NCBI GenBank assembly: GCA_963845145.1
Contig: CAWJQU010000004.1
Location: forward strand, 160,001-224,000
Length of the DNA: 64,000 bases
Direction of reading: 5' to 3'
Source: an uncultured delta proteobacterium
GTDB taxonomy: Bacteria > Desulfobacterota > Desulfobacteria > Desulfobacterales > QNYZ01
Both the position numbers and the translations under genes were made by a program. A model generated the notes under the pieces. That model saw only the letters and a program-made list of their open reading frames with translations, was not told the origin of the DNA and made no database searches. Positions within the stretch are counted from its first letter, which is position 1. Each line of letters opens with the position of its first letter. This document shows, one piece after another, positions 10,417 through 18,961 of the stretch.

Positions 10417-11466
10417 TTAATACCGGTAGGGAGGTCCGGCGTCTTTCATGGTTTGGGCGTACTCTTTCAGTATTTTTACTATCTTGGCACTTCTGGGGCT
10501 CTTCTTGGCAGTTTCGTCCCAGAACTTTAGGGCGGCATCTTCTACGATTTTCCACTCTTCTTGCGGGATGGAGGTGAGCTCCAGCTTTCCACCTTTGGTG
10601 CGGTAGTGCGCTTCACCCCACCAGTACCAGTGCTGGCGGTAGTAATGTGAGCTGTCCATTTGCAGGCGGAACAGGGTTTTTAGGTGCTCCGGCAGCGCAT
10701 TCCAAGAATCGGAATTTGCATAATAGGAGCCGGCCCAGGCACCGGAGATGGGATTGGTCAGGTAATATTTAGTGACATCCGCCCATCCAACCGTGTAATC
10801 TTCGGTGATGCCGGACCAGGCAACGCCGTCCAGTTCCCCTGTCTGAACAGCCATCTCAATATCCCCCCATGGTAAAGTCATGGGAATGACGCCAAATTGC
10901 TGCATGAAACGACCACCCGTGGGGAAACTGAATACTCTTAGTCCCTTTAGGTCTTTAAGGCTTCGGATCGGTTTGGTGGTGGCGAAATTGCACGGGTCCC
11001 AGGCCCCGGCACTTAGCCAGGTAACGCCTTTTATCTCTGAGAAAGCTTCCTCCCAGATTTCATTTAGACCGTACCAGTTAAACAGCACCGGAACATCCAG
11101 AGAGTAGCGCGATGCAAAGGGGAAGTAAGCACCAAATATTGACACATCCACCGGCGCCGCGATGGAATCGTCATCACTTTGCACAGCGTCAATGGTTCCC
11201 TTCTGCATGGCTCTGAAAAGCTCGCTTGTGGGCACCAATTGATCGGAATTGTACAACTCGATCACCATTTCTCCATTGGCGGCTTTATTGAACGCATCAA
11301 TCGCCGGTTTGCAGACATGTGCGGACAGGGCCGCTCCGGCATAGGTCTGCATCCGCCATTTGATGGTCGTTTTCTTGGATGCGTGCACAAAAGGTGCGTT
11401 AACCGCTGTTGCTGCCACCGCAGCGGTGCCCACTCCAGCTTTCTTTAGGAAATCACGTCTTTTCAT
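10417..11466 (-). CDS. dctP: TRAP solute-binding protein, Tat-exported, amine (ethanolamine)-type
   Basis: Tat signal KRRDFLK; DctP fold motifs; the usual carboxylate-binding Arg (GLKIR) is Phe here (GLRVF); WDP and WSGITE motifs. Confidence 0.9.
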   Translation of the reverse strand: MKRRDFLKKAGVGTAAVAATAVNAPFVHASKKTTIKWRMQTYAGAALSAHVCKPAIDAFNKAANGEMVIELYNSDQLVPTSELFRAMQKGTIDAVQSDDDSIAAPVDVSIFGAYFPFASRYSLDVPVLFNWYGLNEIWEEAFSEIKGVTWLSAGAWDPCNFATTKPIRSLKDLKGLRVFSFPTGGRFMQQFGVIPMTLPWGDIEMAVQTGELDGVAWSGITEDYTVGWADVTKYYLTNPISGAWAGSYYANSDSWNALPEHLKTLFRLQMDSSHYYRQHWYWWGEAHYRTKGGKLELTSIPQEEWKIVEDAALKFWDETAKKSPRSAKIVKILKEYAQTMKDAGPPYRY

Positions 11467-11780
11467 GGTACCTTTCTCCTTTCATGGGTTTGGGGTTTAC
11501 CTCCAGCCAATCGACTATAGGGCAGGTAAAGAAAAATTATCGACACATCCAACCCAGCCACTTACCAAAATTTCAAAACGTCCCATATTTTTACATTGGG
11601 TTTTAATACTGGCGGCATCTCAAACCGGTTGATTCAGTATCTACTTTCTTGTTTTTGAAAAACCCTACAGACAGCATCCAATTAACGTTGGCACCTCCTT
11701 TTCTTTTTAAGCAACCTATTCTGGCTGCATTTATTAAGCTCGACGGTATTTTTTTGATTACTTGACATGGTTAGTTTAAA

Positions 11781-11797
11781 GTTATAGATGTTTATAC
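11781..11797 (-). promoter_or_regulatory. Putative GntR/HutC-family operator, copy 1
   Basis: Reverse complement GTATAAACATCTATAAC; lies just downstream of TTGACA (11762-11767) in the divergent dctP/kinase intergenic region. Confidence 0.7.
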
Positions 11798-12087
11798 AGG
11801 TACGGGAGTAAAAAATTACCCTTATTTTTAACAGAAAATGGGTATTTATCAGGAACTAAACTCATCCGTTGCCCTTTTTGAAGAGGCGCCATCAAAACCG
11901 ATTAATAAATAGATCCGGTTCATGAATAGATCCGGCAAATTTGAGGGAATCATATTGCGTTTGACTACATTGCCAAGTTGGTTTCTGTCAAGATCTTTTT
12001 TAGATTGATGGCTGACGTCTGATTGCCCTTAGCCGTCGTACCGACCCAACCCGTTCAGACCACTTTTTTGCGAAAGAGGAGAATGAC

Positions 12088-13041
12088 ATGTCCATGGGAA
12101 ATAACCTTTTAGAACAGGAATTCACGTCGGAAATTTGTTATGAACTCCTGCCCGAATGGAAAGGCCTGGATGTTCGTATTACCCAGCTTAGTGGTGGAAT
12201 AACCAACAAATTGTACCGGATTCGATCGGGAAAAGGTGATTACACGGTTCGAATATACGGCGATAAAACCGATTTGTTCATCAATCGCGACTATGAGATT
12301 CAGGCCCAGACCGAGATGGCCCGAATTGGTGTGGGCGCGCCATTAATAAAATATATGCCGGATAGGGGCGTCACCATCGTTGAGTTTATCGGGGATGCTA
12401 CGGTACTGAGCAATGACCACTTTCTGGATCAATCGCTGCTCCCCAAAATCGTCGCGCCCATACGTAAAATTCATGACAGTGGCATCACCCTTGATAAATT
12501 GTTCAACCCGCTGGTAGAAGTGAAGAAAATGGCGGCGATCCTTTCCGATCTAAACGTTGTGTATCCCGAGTTTGATATTGACGGAACCCTTGTGCGGCTC
12601 GACAACTTGTCCCGGATCATCAACATTCCGGAGACCGAATACACGGCCTGCCATAATGACCTATTGGCCGATAACTTCATCTTTATCAACGAAGATGCGC
12701 GTGAACGGTACCGATCCCCCATGTACATCATCGACTGGGAATATGCCGGCATGGCGCCCAAGTATTATGATATCGCCGATATGTTTCAGGAAATCCTTGT
12801 TCCCCGGGAGAATGAAGCGCAGATCGTTAAAGCCTATTGTGGCGGGCAGGAATTCGACCGAACGCTTTATTTAGTCGACCTGTTCAAACCGTTTCCGGAT
12901 ATCTATTGGTTTTTATGGAGTCTGATTCAGCTCAATGTATCCAAGATCTCTTTCGATTATTATGACTATGGCAAGGTGAAATATGAGAATGCGCTGAACA
13001 ACCTGGCGTTCATTGGGAACACCCACGGTGTTGATGTTTAG
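12088..13041 (+). CDS. Choline/ethanolamine kinase family phosphotransferase
   Basis: LSGGITN, CHNDLLADNF (Brenner motif), IIDWEYAG. Confidence 0.88.
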   Translation: MSMGNNLLEQEFTSEICYELLPEWKGLDVRITQLSGGITNKLYRIRSGKGDYTVRIYGDKTDLFINRDYEIQAQTEMARIGVGAPLIKYMPDRGVTIVEFIGDATVLSNDHFLDQSLLPKIVAPIRKIHDSGITLDKLFNPLVEVKKMAAILSDLNVVYPEFDIDGTLVRLDNLSRIINIPETEYTACHNDLLADNFIFINEDARERYRSPMYIIDWEYAGMAPKYYDIADMFQEILVPRENEAQIVKAYCGGQEFDRTLYLVDLFKPFPDIYWFLWSLIQLNVSKISFDYYDYGKVKYENALNNLAFIGNTHGVDV

Positions 13042-13393
13042 CCCGTTTGTCCGTTAGCCGGTTAGCCCGTGGGCCCGTTATCCCGCCAATGCATTGACTG
13101 TATGGGCGATTATTTTCACCGAAAGCCGCCACAATTTTTTGTCGATTTGCTTATTTGATGGCTTCGTAAAAAGCCCAATTACTGCGTTGCGCTTCATCCC
13201 GTCGTGATTGCGGCGTACGAAAAGTACGCCTCATCACACCGGATTCGCGACGCCTTGAACTTGGACTTTTTACTTTGCCATCCCTTTTATGACTTTCTAC
13301 GAAGCCATCTTATTTGATATACGGTACAAAATGATGTGAAAATGACCAAATATAGTTGGCAGGGCAACGGGCCAACGGGCAAACCGGCAAACC
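13041..13393. repeat. Inverted arrays of degenerate 8-bp tandem repeats (GCCCGTTN)
   Basis: Five units at 13041-13080 (gcccgttt gtccgtta gccggtta gcccgtgg gcccgtta); reverse-complement units at 13365-13393 (caacgggc caacgggc aaaccggc aaacc). Confidence 0.7.
13157..13309. mobile_element. MITE/REP-like non-autonomous element, 153 bp
   Basis: Terminal inverted repeats GATGGCTTCGTAAAAAG / CTTTCTACGAAGCCATC; TTATTT direct repeat on both sides (13151-13156, 13310-13315); internal hairpin GGCGTAC-gaaaa-GTACGCC. Confidence 0.75.
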
Positions 13394-13427
13394 ATATATG
13401 ATTTTATCATTCACAAGCAAATTTTCA

Positions 13428-13482
13428 TTGACAAGCAACCCGGCGAGCAATAGATTGGCGAGGAAGTCTATACATCTATAAC
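13428..13482 (+). promoter_or_regulatory. Sigma70-type promoter plus GntR operator copy 2, upstream of transketolase
   Basis: TTGACA (13428-13433), 17-bp spacer, TAGATT (13451-13456), then GTCTATACATCTATAAC (13466-13482). Confidence 0.75.
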
Positions 13483-13664
13483 AATAGACAGCACGGGCCG
13501 AAATGAACCCTTATGGTGACTGGTCGCCAGAATGACAATCATACTTTATAATTGTGGCAGATGGGTTGATAACGGTGGCCGGCGTGTGCAGCCCATAATA
13601 TTCGGTCCAAAACATCTGGTCGAGAATAATAAGTATAGATAACCTGTCCCATGGGAGGAATCAA

Positions 13665-15557
13665 ATGAAATTTCCGATTGATCTCGATGCATTCAAGCCG
13701 TTGACCTTTTCACCATCCCAAAGCGAGATATCCGCAGAACAGGTGGCGCAGTTACAGAAAAATATTGAGGTAGTGCGCGACAGTATCGTCTTTTTCACGG
13801 CCTATGCCAATACCAAGGGGTTGGGCGGTCATACCGGAGGTGCTTACGATATCGTTCCGGAGTTGCTGATCGTGGACGGCTTTATGAAGGGCAGCGATTC
13901 GATCTACCCCGTCTATTTTGATGAGGCCGGCCATCGGGTGGCGATCCAATACCAGATGGCGGTGTTAAACGGTTATCAGCCCCCGGAGTCACTTTTGCAT
14001 TATCGTGAGTTTGAAAGTGGCCTGTATGGTCATCCGGAGAGAGATGATGAAAAAGGCGTGTTTTTCAGTTCGGGTAGGTTGGGGCACATGTGGAGTTACG
14101 TCAACGGTGTGGCCACGGCCAACCCTGATAAGACTGTCGTGATGTTCGGCAGCGATGGGTCACAACAAGAAGGCGGTGGTGCCGAGGCTGCGCGGTATGC
14201 TGTTGCCCAAAGGCTCAACGTCAAATTGCTCATCGACGACAACGATATCACCATCACCGGGCATCCATCGGAATACATGAAGGGCTTCTCTGTGGCCGAC
14301 ACGTTGAAGGGCCATGGCCTGGCCGTGGATACCGGCAACGGTGAGGATCTGGCTGCATTGTATCAACGAATTCAGAAAGCCCTGACCACTCCGGGGCCGG
14401 TGGGTCTGATCAATCAACGTAAAATGGCCGTGGGAATTGTAGGCCTCGAAGGGACTTCCAAAGGGCACGATGTGATTCCAGTAGATTTAGCCATCGCTTA
14501 TTTAAAGGCGAAAGGGCGTCAGGAGGCAGTAGCCTGTTTGGAATCACCCGCACAAAAAACAGCCCCCCCTACCTATCTTGGCAGCACCCAAGAAAAGGCC
14601 AAAAACAGGGACAATTTCGGAAAGATCATTTGCGATATTCTAGAACCGATGTCGGACCGAAAATCCCGTGTCCTGGTGGTGGATTCGGATCTCGAAGGGT
14701 CGTGCGGTTTGCACCATATTCGAAAAACCTTTCCGGAAGTGTACGTTACCGGCGGTATCATGGAGCGCAATAACTTTTCCGTGGCGGCCGGGTTCGGCGC
14801 CGAAAAGGGAAGGCAGGGCATCTTTGGAACATTTTCGGCCTTTCTTGAAATGGTGGTTTCTGAAATCACCATGGCCCGTCTGAATCGGGCCAATGTGCTG
14901 GCCCATTTCTCCCATGCCGGCGTAGACGATATGGCGGACAATACCTGTCATTTTGGGATCAACAACTTTTTTGCCGACAACGGTCTGCCGGAAGGCGATA
15001 AAACCCGGCTGTATTACCCGGCGGATTCCAATCAGATGCGCGCCGTCCTTGAAACGATTTTTAATGACGAGGGATTACGCTTTGTCTTTTCAACGCGATC
15101 GGCAACCCCCTTTGTTCTCGATGAAGACGGTCAGGCCCGTTTTGGTGAGGGGTATACTTTTGTTCCCGGTAAAGATGAGATCATTCGGGAAGGCGACCAC
15201 GGATATATCGTCTCTTACGGCGAGATGCTTTATCGGTGTCTCGATGTCGTGGAACGCCTGCGGGAAGACGGTATCCGGGTCGGGTTGATCAATAAACCGA
15301 CCTTGAATGTCGTCGACGAAACAACAATGCAACAGCTGATCGGCAGCGAATTTGTATTGGTTGTGGAGACTCAGAACGTCAAGTCGGGGCTCGGATCCCG
15401 ATTCGGCACCTGGTTGTTGGAAAGGGGATCAAAAGCACGCTATGCCCATATAGGGACGGGTAAAGAAGGGCACGGCGGATTGAGCGAACAGATACCCTAC
15501 CAGGGCCTGGCGCCTGAAGATATTCGGGCCAAAATTGACGTCTTGCGGGCTAAATAA
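13665..15557 (+). CDS. Divergent single-chain transketolase (ThDP enzyme)
   Basis: GGHTGG, GHP, SSGRLG, ThDP motif variant GSDGSQQEG...DDN, DSDLEGS, GIMERN, C-terminal transketolase domain. Confidence 0.85.
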   Translation: MKFPIDLDAFKPLTFSPSQSEISAEQVAQLQKNIEVVRDSIVFFTAYANTKGLGGHTGGAYDIVPELLIVDGFMKGSDSIYPVYFDEAGHRVAIQYQMAVLNGYQPPESLLHYREFESGLYGHPERDDEKGVFFSSGRLGHMWSYVNGVATANPDKTVVMFGSDGSQQEGGGAEAARYAVAQRLNVKLLIDDNDITITGHPSEYMKGFSVADTLKGHGLAVDTGNGEDLAALYQRIQKALTTPGPVGLINQRKMAVGIVGLEGTSKGHDVIPVDLAIAYLKAKGRQEAVACLESPAQKTAPPTYLGSTQEKAKNRDNFGKIICDILEPMSDRKSRVLVVDSDLEGSCGLHHIRKTFPEVYVTGGIMERNNFSVAAGFGAEKGRQGIFGTFSAFLEMVVSEITMARLNRANVLAHFSHAGVDDMADNTCHFGINNFFADNGLPEGDKTRLYYPADSNQMRAVLETIFNDEGLRFVFSTRSATPFVLDEDGQARFGEGYTFVPGKDEIIREGDHGYIVSYGEMLYRCLDVVERLREDGIRVGLINKPTLNVVDETTMQQLIGSEFVLVVETQNVKSGLGSRFGTWLLERGSKARYAHIGTGKEGHGGLSEQIPYQGLAPEDIRAKIDVLRAK

Positions 15558-15668
15558 CCAGTAATTTTGTTAAGCGTGATCGCAATTGCATCTATAAAAG
15601 GGTAGAAATCGCGCTACAGGGTGGGCGATGAAGGGTCTGACATAGAATGCCAATTGCGGTCATAGGAG

Positions 15669-16448
15669 ATGCATCCATTGAAGATCGTTGATCCCGACAA
15701 TCCGATTCCCAAATATCTTCAAATTAGCGCCTGGCTCACCGAGTCTATTCAGATGGGTCGATACAAAGTGGGTGAAAAGCTGCCCTCTGAGATTGAATTG
15801 TCCCAGATGTGTCAGGTTAATCGCAACACATTGCGACAGGCGATCGCCGAATTGACCACACGGGGGCTTCTGAGAAAAGAAAAAGGTCTGGGGACATTTG
15901 TTTCCGCGACAGAATCGGTGGCCCTCAAACATCAACTCAGTCGAATTGCCAGTTTTGGAGACGAGTTATCCAAGGCCGGGATCAAAGAACATACCCAATT
16001 GCTGGGAAAAGCCCTTGAAGTGCCACCAAAACATGTGGCCCAGGGGTTGACGCTGGGGCCTAACACCCCGGTTATTGCGATTCGACGCCTGCGTACCGGT
16101 GATAAAATCCCTATGATTTACGAGGAAACCTATCTGCCCGTCGACCTGTTCGACGGAATCATGGAGATGGACTTGACCGGTTCCATGTACGAAATATTCA
16201 GTCACCGGTATAATGTCGTCTTGGCGCGTTGCGAGCAAACCATCCGTGCCGTTAACTTGAATAAAAAAATAGCCCGGCTATTTAACCTGAATACCAATGC
16301 GGCCGCCATGTACATGGAAAGTATCACCTATAATGATCACAATATGCCCATCGAGTTCCTTTGCGGCTACTTCCGGGGCGATAAATACGCCTTTGGTGTG
16401 GAGCTCGGTCAATATCATCTTACAGGAAACTCACACGAACTAAAATAA
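15669..16448 (+). CDS. GntR-family regulator, HutC/UTRA subfamily
   Basis: PKYLQI, KLPSEIEL, VNRNTLRQAI, GLGTFV winged helix; UTRA C-terminus (FRGDKY). Confidence 0.93.
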   Translation: MHPLKIVDPDNPIPKYLQISAWLTESIQMGRYKVGEKLPSEIELSQMCQVNRNTLRQAIAELTTRGLLRKEKGLGTFVSATESVALKHQLSRIASFGDELSKAGIKEHTQLLGKALEVPPKHVAQGLTLGPNTPVIAIRRLRTGDKIPMIYEETYLPVDLFDGIMEMDLTGSMYEIFSHRYNVVLARCEQTIRAVNLNKKIARLFNLNTNAAAMYMESITYNDHNMPIEFLCGYFRGDKYAFGVELGQYHLTGNSHELK

Positions 16449-16488
16449 TGACTAGCAAAATGGAATTACATAAGCTGGGTTTTTTATT

Positions 16489-16505
16489 GTATACACATCT
16501 ATAAA
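16489..16505 (+). promoter_or_regulatory. Putative GntR operator, copy 3
   Basis: GTATACACATCTATAAA, upstream of the transaldolase-ald-aminotransferase genes. Confidence 0.7.
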
Positions 16506-16562
16506 ATGTAGGCACATGGCGTGCCAAAAAGAACGTGTTGCCCAATCATCAAGGAGGAAGTC

Positions 16563-17762
16563 ATGGAAACAAGAAATCTTTTTGAAAAATTAGTTGATGT
16601 CAGCCCCGGGATGGAGATCTGGTGGGATTCGTCTCCGGTTATTTTTGACAATTGGTGCCGGAAAATGCTCGATAAGGCCACCCCGGAAAACCGGGAGATC
16701 ATTCAAAGCCAATTCAACCGGATGTACGACGAAAACGCTCCGGAAACCCAGTTGTTCCGTGGTGTTACAACCAACCCACCACTTTCGCTGCAGGCGATTC
16801 AGGATAACCCTCCCCATTGGGAGGGGGTTGCCAAAACCATTATTGCTGAAAATCCCGGTATTGACACGGAAACCCTGTTCTGGACCATCTACAAGCAAGT
16901 CGTAAAGCGCGGTTCCGACATGTATCTGCCTTTATTTGAAAAAACAGACTACAAGGAAGGCTACTTGTCCGGACAAACTGACCCGAGAAGTGCGTTCGAC
17001 AAAGAGGCTATGCTCAAACAAGCCATGGAGCTTGCCGTGATCAACCCCAATGTGATGATTAAGGTTCCCGGCACCAAAGAGGGCTATGAAGTGATTGAAG
17101 AATTGACCGCCAGAGGTATTGCCACGAACAACACCCTGACCTTCGTTTTACCGCAATTGGTGGACTGTGCGGAATCCGTCAAACGAGGGCTCGAAACGGC
17201 CAAAAAGGATGGTGTGGATCTGAGCCGGTGGCGTTCGGTAATTACACATATGGAATCCCGCTACGGTGATCTGGGCGGTTTGCGGGATGCCGCTGCTGAG
17301 CAGGGCATTGAGCTGACAGAGGGTGAGGTACGGCAGGCGGAACTGGCCATTTTTAAAAAAGCCTATAAATATCTGGAAGACAATAAGCTGCCGAGCAAAA
17401 TGTTATCCTGCTCGCTGCGGTTGGGGCCCGAAGTGGATGGCGTTACGCGTATCTGGCATCTTGAAGAGAAGACTGGTGCGGCCGTCGTTGTCACCTGTCC
17501 GCCCTCTTTTATCGATCAGATCATGAATTTTGAAGGGGAAAAGGATATCGTTTTTGAAAAAGATCGGATCCATGCCGAAACACCCAAAGATGTCATGGAT
17601 AAATTGATGCGTATTCCTTATTTCGAGCGGGCCTATGCCGTGGATGGATACAGCCGGGATGAATATAATACGCATCCGGCGCTTCAGCGTACTGCCGAAC
17701 AATTCTCAAAAGCCACCGAGGAGATGGTGGCGTTTGCCGATAATTGCCTTAAAAGTGCCTAA
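16563..17762 (+). CDS. Transaldolase / fructose-6-phosphate-aldolase family protein (atypical)
   Basis: WWDS, GVTTNPPL, Schiff-base Lys in VMIKVPGT, GIATNNTLTF; ATG 16563 follows AGGAGG. Confidence 0.88.
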   Translation: METRNLFEKLVDVSPGMEIWWDSSPVIFDNWCRKMLDKATPENREIIQSQFNRMYDENAPETQLFRGVTTNPPLSLQAIQDNPPHWEGVAKTIIAENPGIDTETLFWTIYKQVVKRGSDMYLPLFEKTDYKEGYLSGQTDPRSAFDKEAMLKQAMELAVINPNVMIKVPGTKEGYEVIEELTARGIATNNTLTFVLPQLVDCAESVKRGLETAKKDGVDLSRWRSVITHMESRYGDLGGLRDAAAEQGIELTEGEVRQAELAIFKKAYKYLEDNKLPSKMLSCSLRLGPEVDGVTRIWHLEEKTGAAVVVTCPPSFIDQIMNFEGEKDIVFEKDRIHAETPKDVMDKLMRIPYFERAYAVDGYSRDEYNTHPALQRTAEQFSKATEEMVAFADNCLKSA

Positions 17763-17792
17763 ATAAAATTACCTTAATCCAAGGAGGATATA

Positions 17793-18908
17793 ATGCAAAT
17801 CGGTGTTTTAAAAGAGATTAAAACCAAGGAAAACAGGGTAGCGATGACACCGGCGGGTGTCGAGCTGATGATTACTCACGGTCACCGCGTAGGCGTCGAA
17901 ACGACTGCAGGCGAAGGGTCCGGCTTTTCGGATGATGATTATAAGCAGGCGGGTGCAACCATTATCGGTTCGGCCAAAGAGATCTATCAAGACTATGAAA
18001 TGATCATGAAAGTCAAGGAGCCCCTTGGGGTGGAATTTCCCATGATACGCAAAGGGCAGGTGCTTTTTACCTATTTTCATTTTGCCGCCGGCCGGGAATT
18101 GACCCAGGCGATCATCGACAGCGGGAGTATTGCGGTTGCCTATGAAACCGTAGAAAAAGCGGACAGGTCCCTGCCGTTGTTAACCCCGATGAGTGAAGTG
18201 GCCGGCCGCATGGCCATTCAGGAAGGGGCCAAATATCTGGAGAAGACATACGGTGGAAAAGGTATTTTACTAGGAGGTGTTCCGGGCGTCAATCCCGGCA
18301 CTGTGGTCGTAATCGGCGGGGGTATCGTTGGGACCAATGCCGCTAAAATGGCTTGTGGCCTGGGGGCTAAAGTCTATCTTTTGGACAATAATTTAGAGCG
18401 ATTGCGTTATCTTTCCGACATCATGCCTAAGAACTGCTTCCCCCTTTTTTCCAACCCGGCGACCCTTCGCGGCCTGCTTGAGGATGCCGATCTCGTCGTC
18501 GGTGCGGTGTTGATCCCAGGCGCCACGGCCCCGAAACTGATTACCCGCGATATGCTCGGCCTGATGAAAAAAGGTTCGGTGATCGTGGATGTGGCTATTG
18601 ATCAGGGCGGATGTCTTGAAACGGCCAAGGCGACCACCCACGATGATCCGATTTACGAAGTGGACGGTATCGTTCATTATTGTGTGGCCAACATGCCTGG
18701 TGCGGTTTCCATGACATCCACCGTTGCGCTGACCAACGCCACCTTGCCGTACGCATTGGAACTTGCCGACAAGGGTTACCAGGCGGCGGCCAAAGAAAAT
18801 CCGGAACTGGCCAAAGGGATCAATATTATCGATGGCAAGGTGACCTACAAGGGCGTTGCCGAAGCATTTGACCTCGAATATGTCGCGTTAGAGAACGTGT
18901 TGGGCTGA
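17793..18908 (+). CDS. ald: Alanine dehydrogenase
   Basis: KEIKTKENRVAMTPAG, PLLTPMSEVAGRMA, DVAIDQGGC, HYCVANMPGAV. Confidence 0.97.
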   Translation: MQIGVLKEIKTKENRVAMTPAGVELMITHGHRVGVETTAGEGSGFSDDDYKQAGATIIGSAKEIYQDYEMIMKVKEPLGVEFPMIRKGQVLFTYFHFAAGRELTQAIIDSGSIAVAYETVEKADRSLPLLTPMSEVAGRMAIQEGAKYLEKTYGGKGILLGGVPGVNPGTVVVIGGGIVGTNAAKMACGLGAKVYLLDNNLERLRYLSDIMPKNCFPLFSNPATLRGLLEDADLVVGAVLIPGATAPKLITRDMLGLMKKGSVIVDVAIDQGGCLETAKATTHDDPIYEVDGIVHYCVANMPGAVSMTSTVALTNATLPYALELADKGYQAAAKENPELAKGINIIDGKVTYKGVAEAFDLEYVALENVLG

Positions 18909-18961
18909 AAAATCAATTTATGACTTGGGTCAACCGGCCCATCAAAAAAGAGGAGAATACC

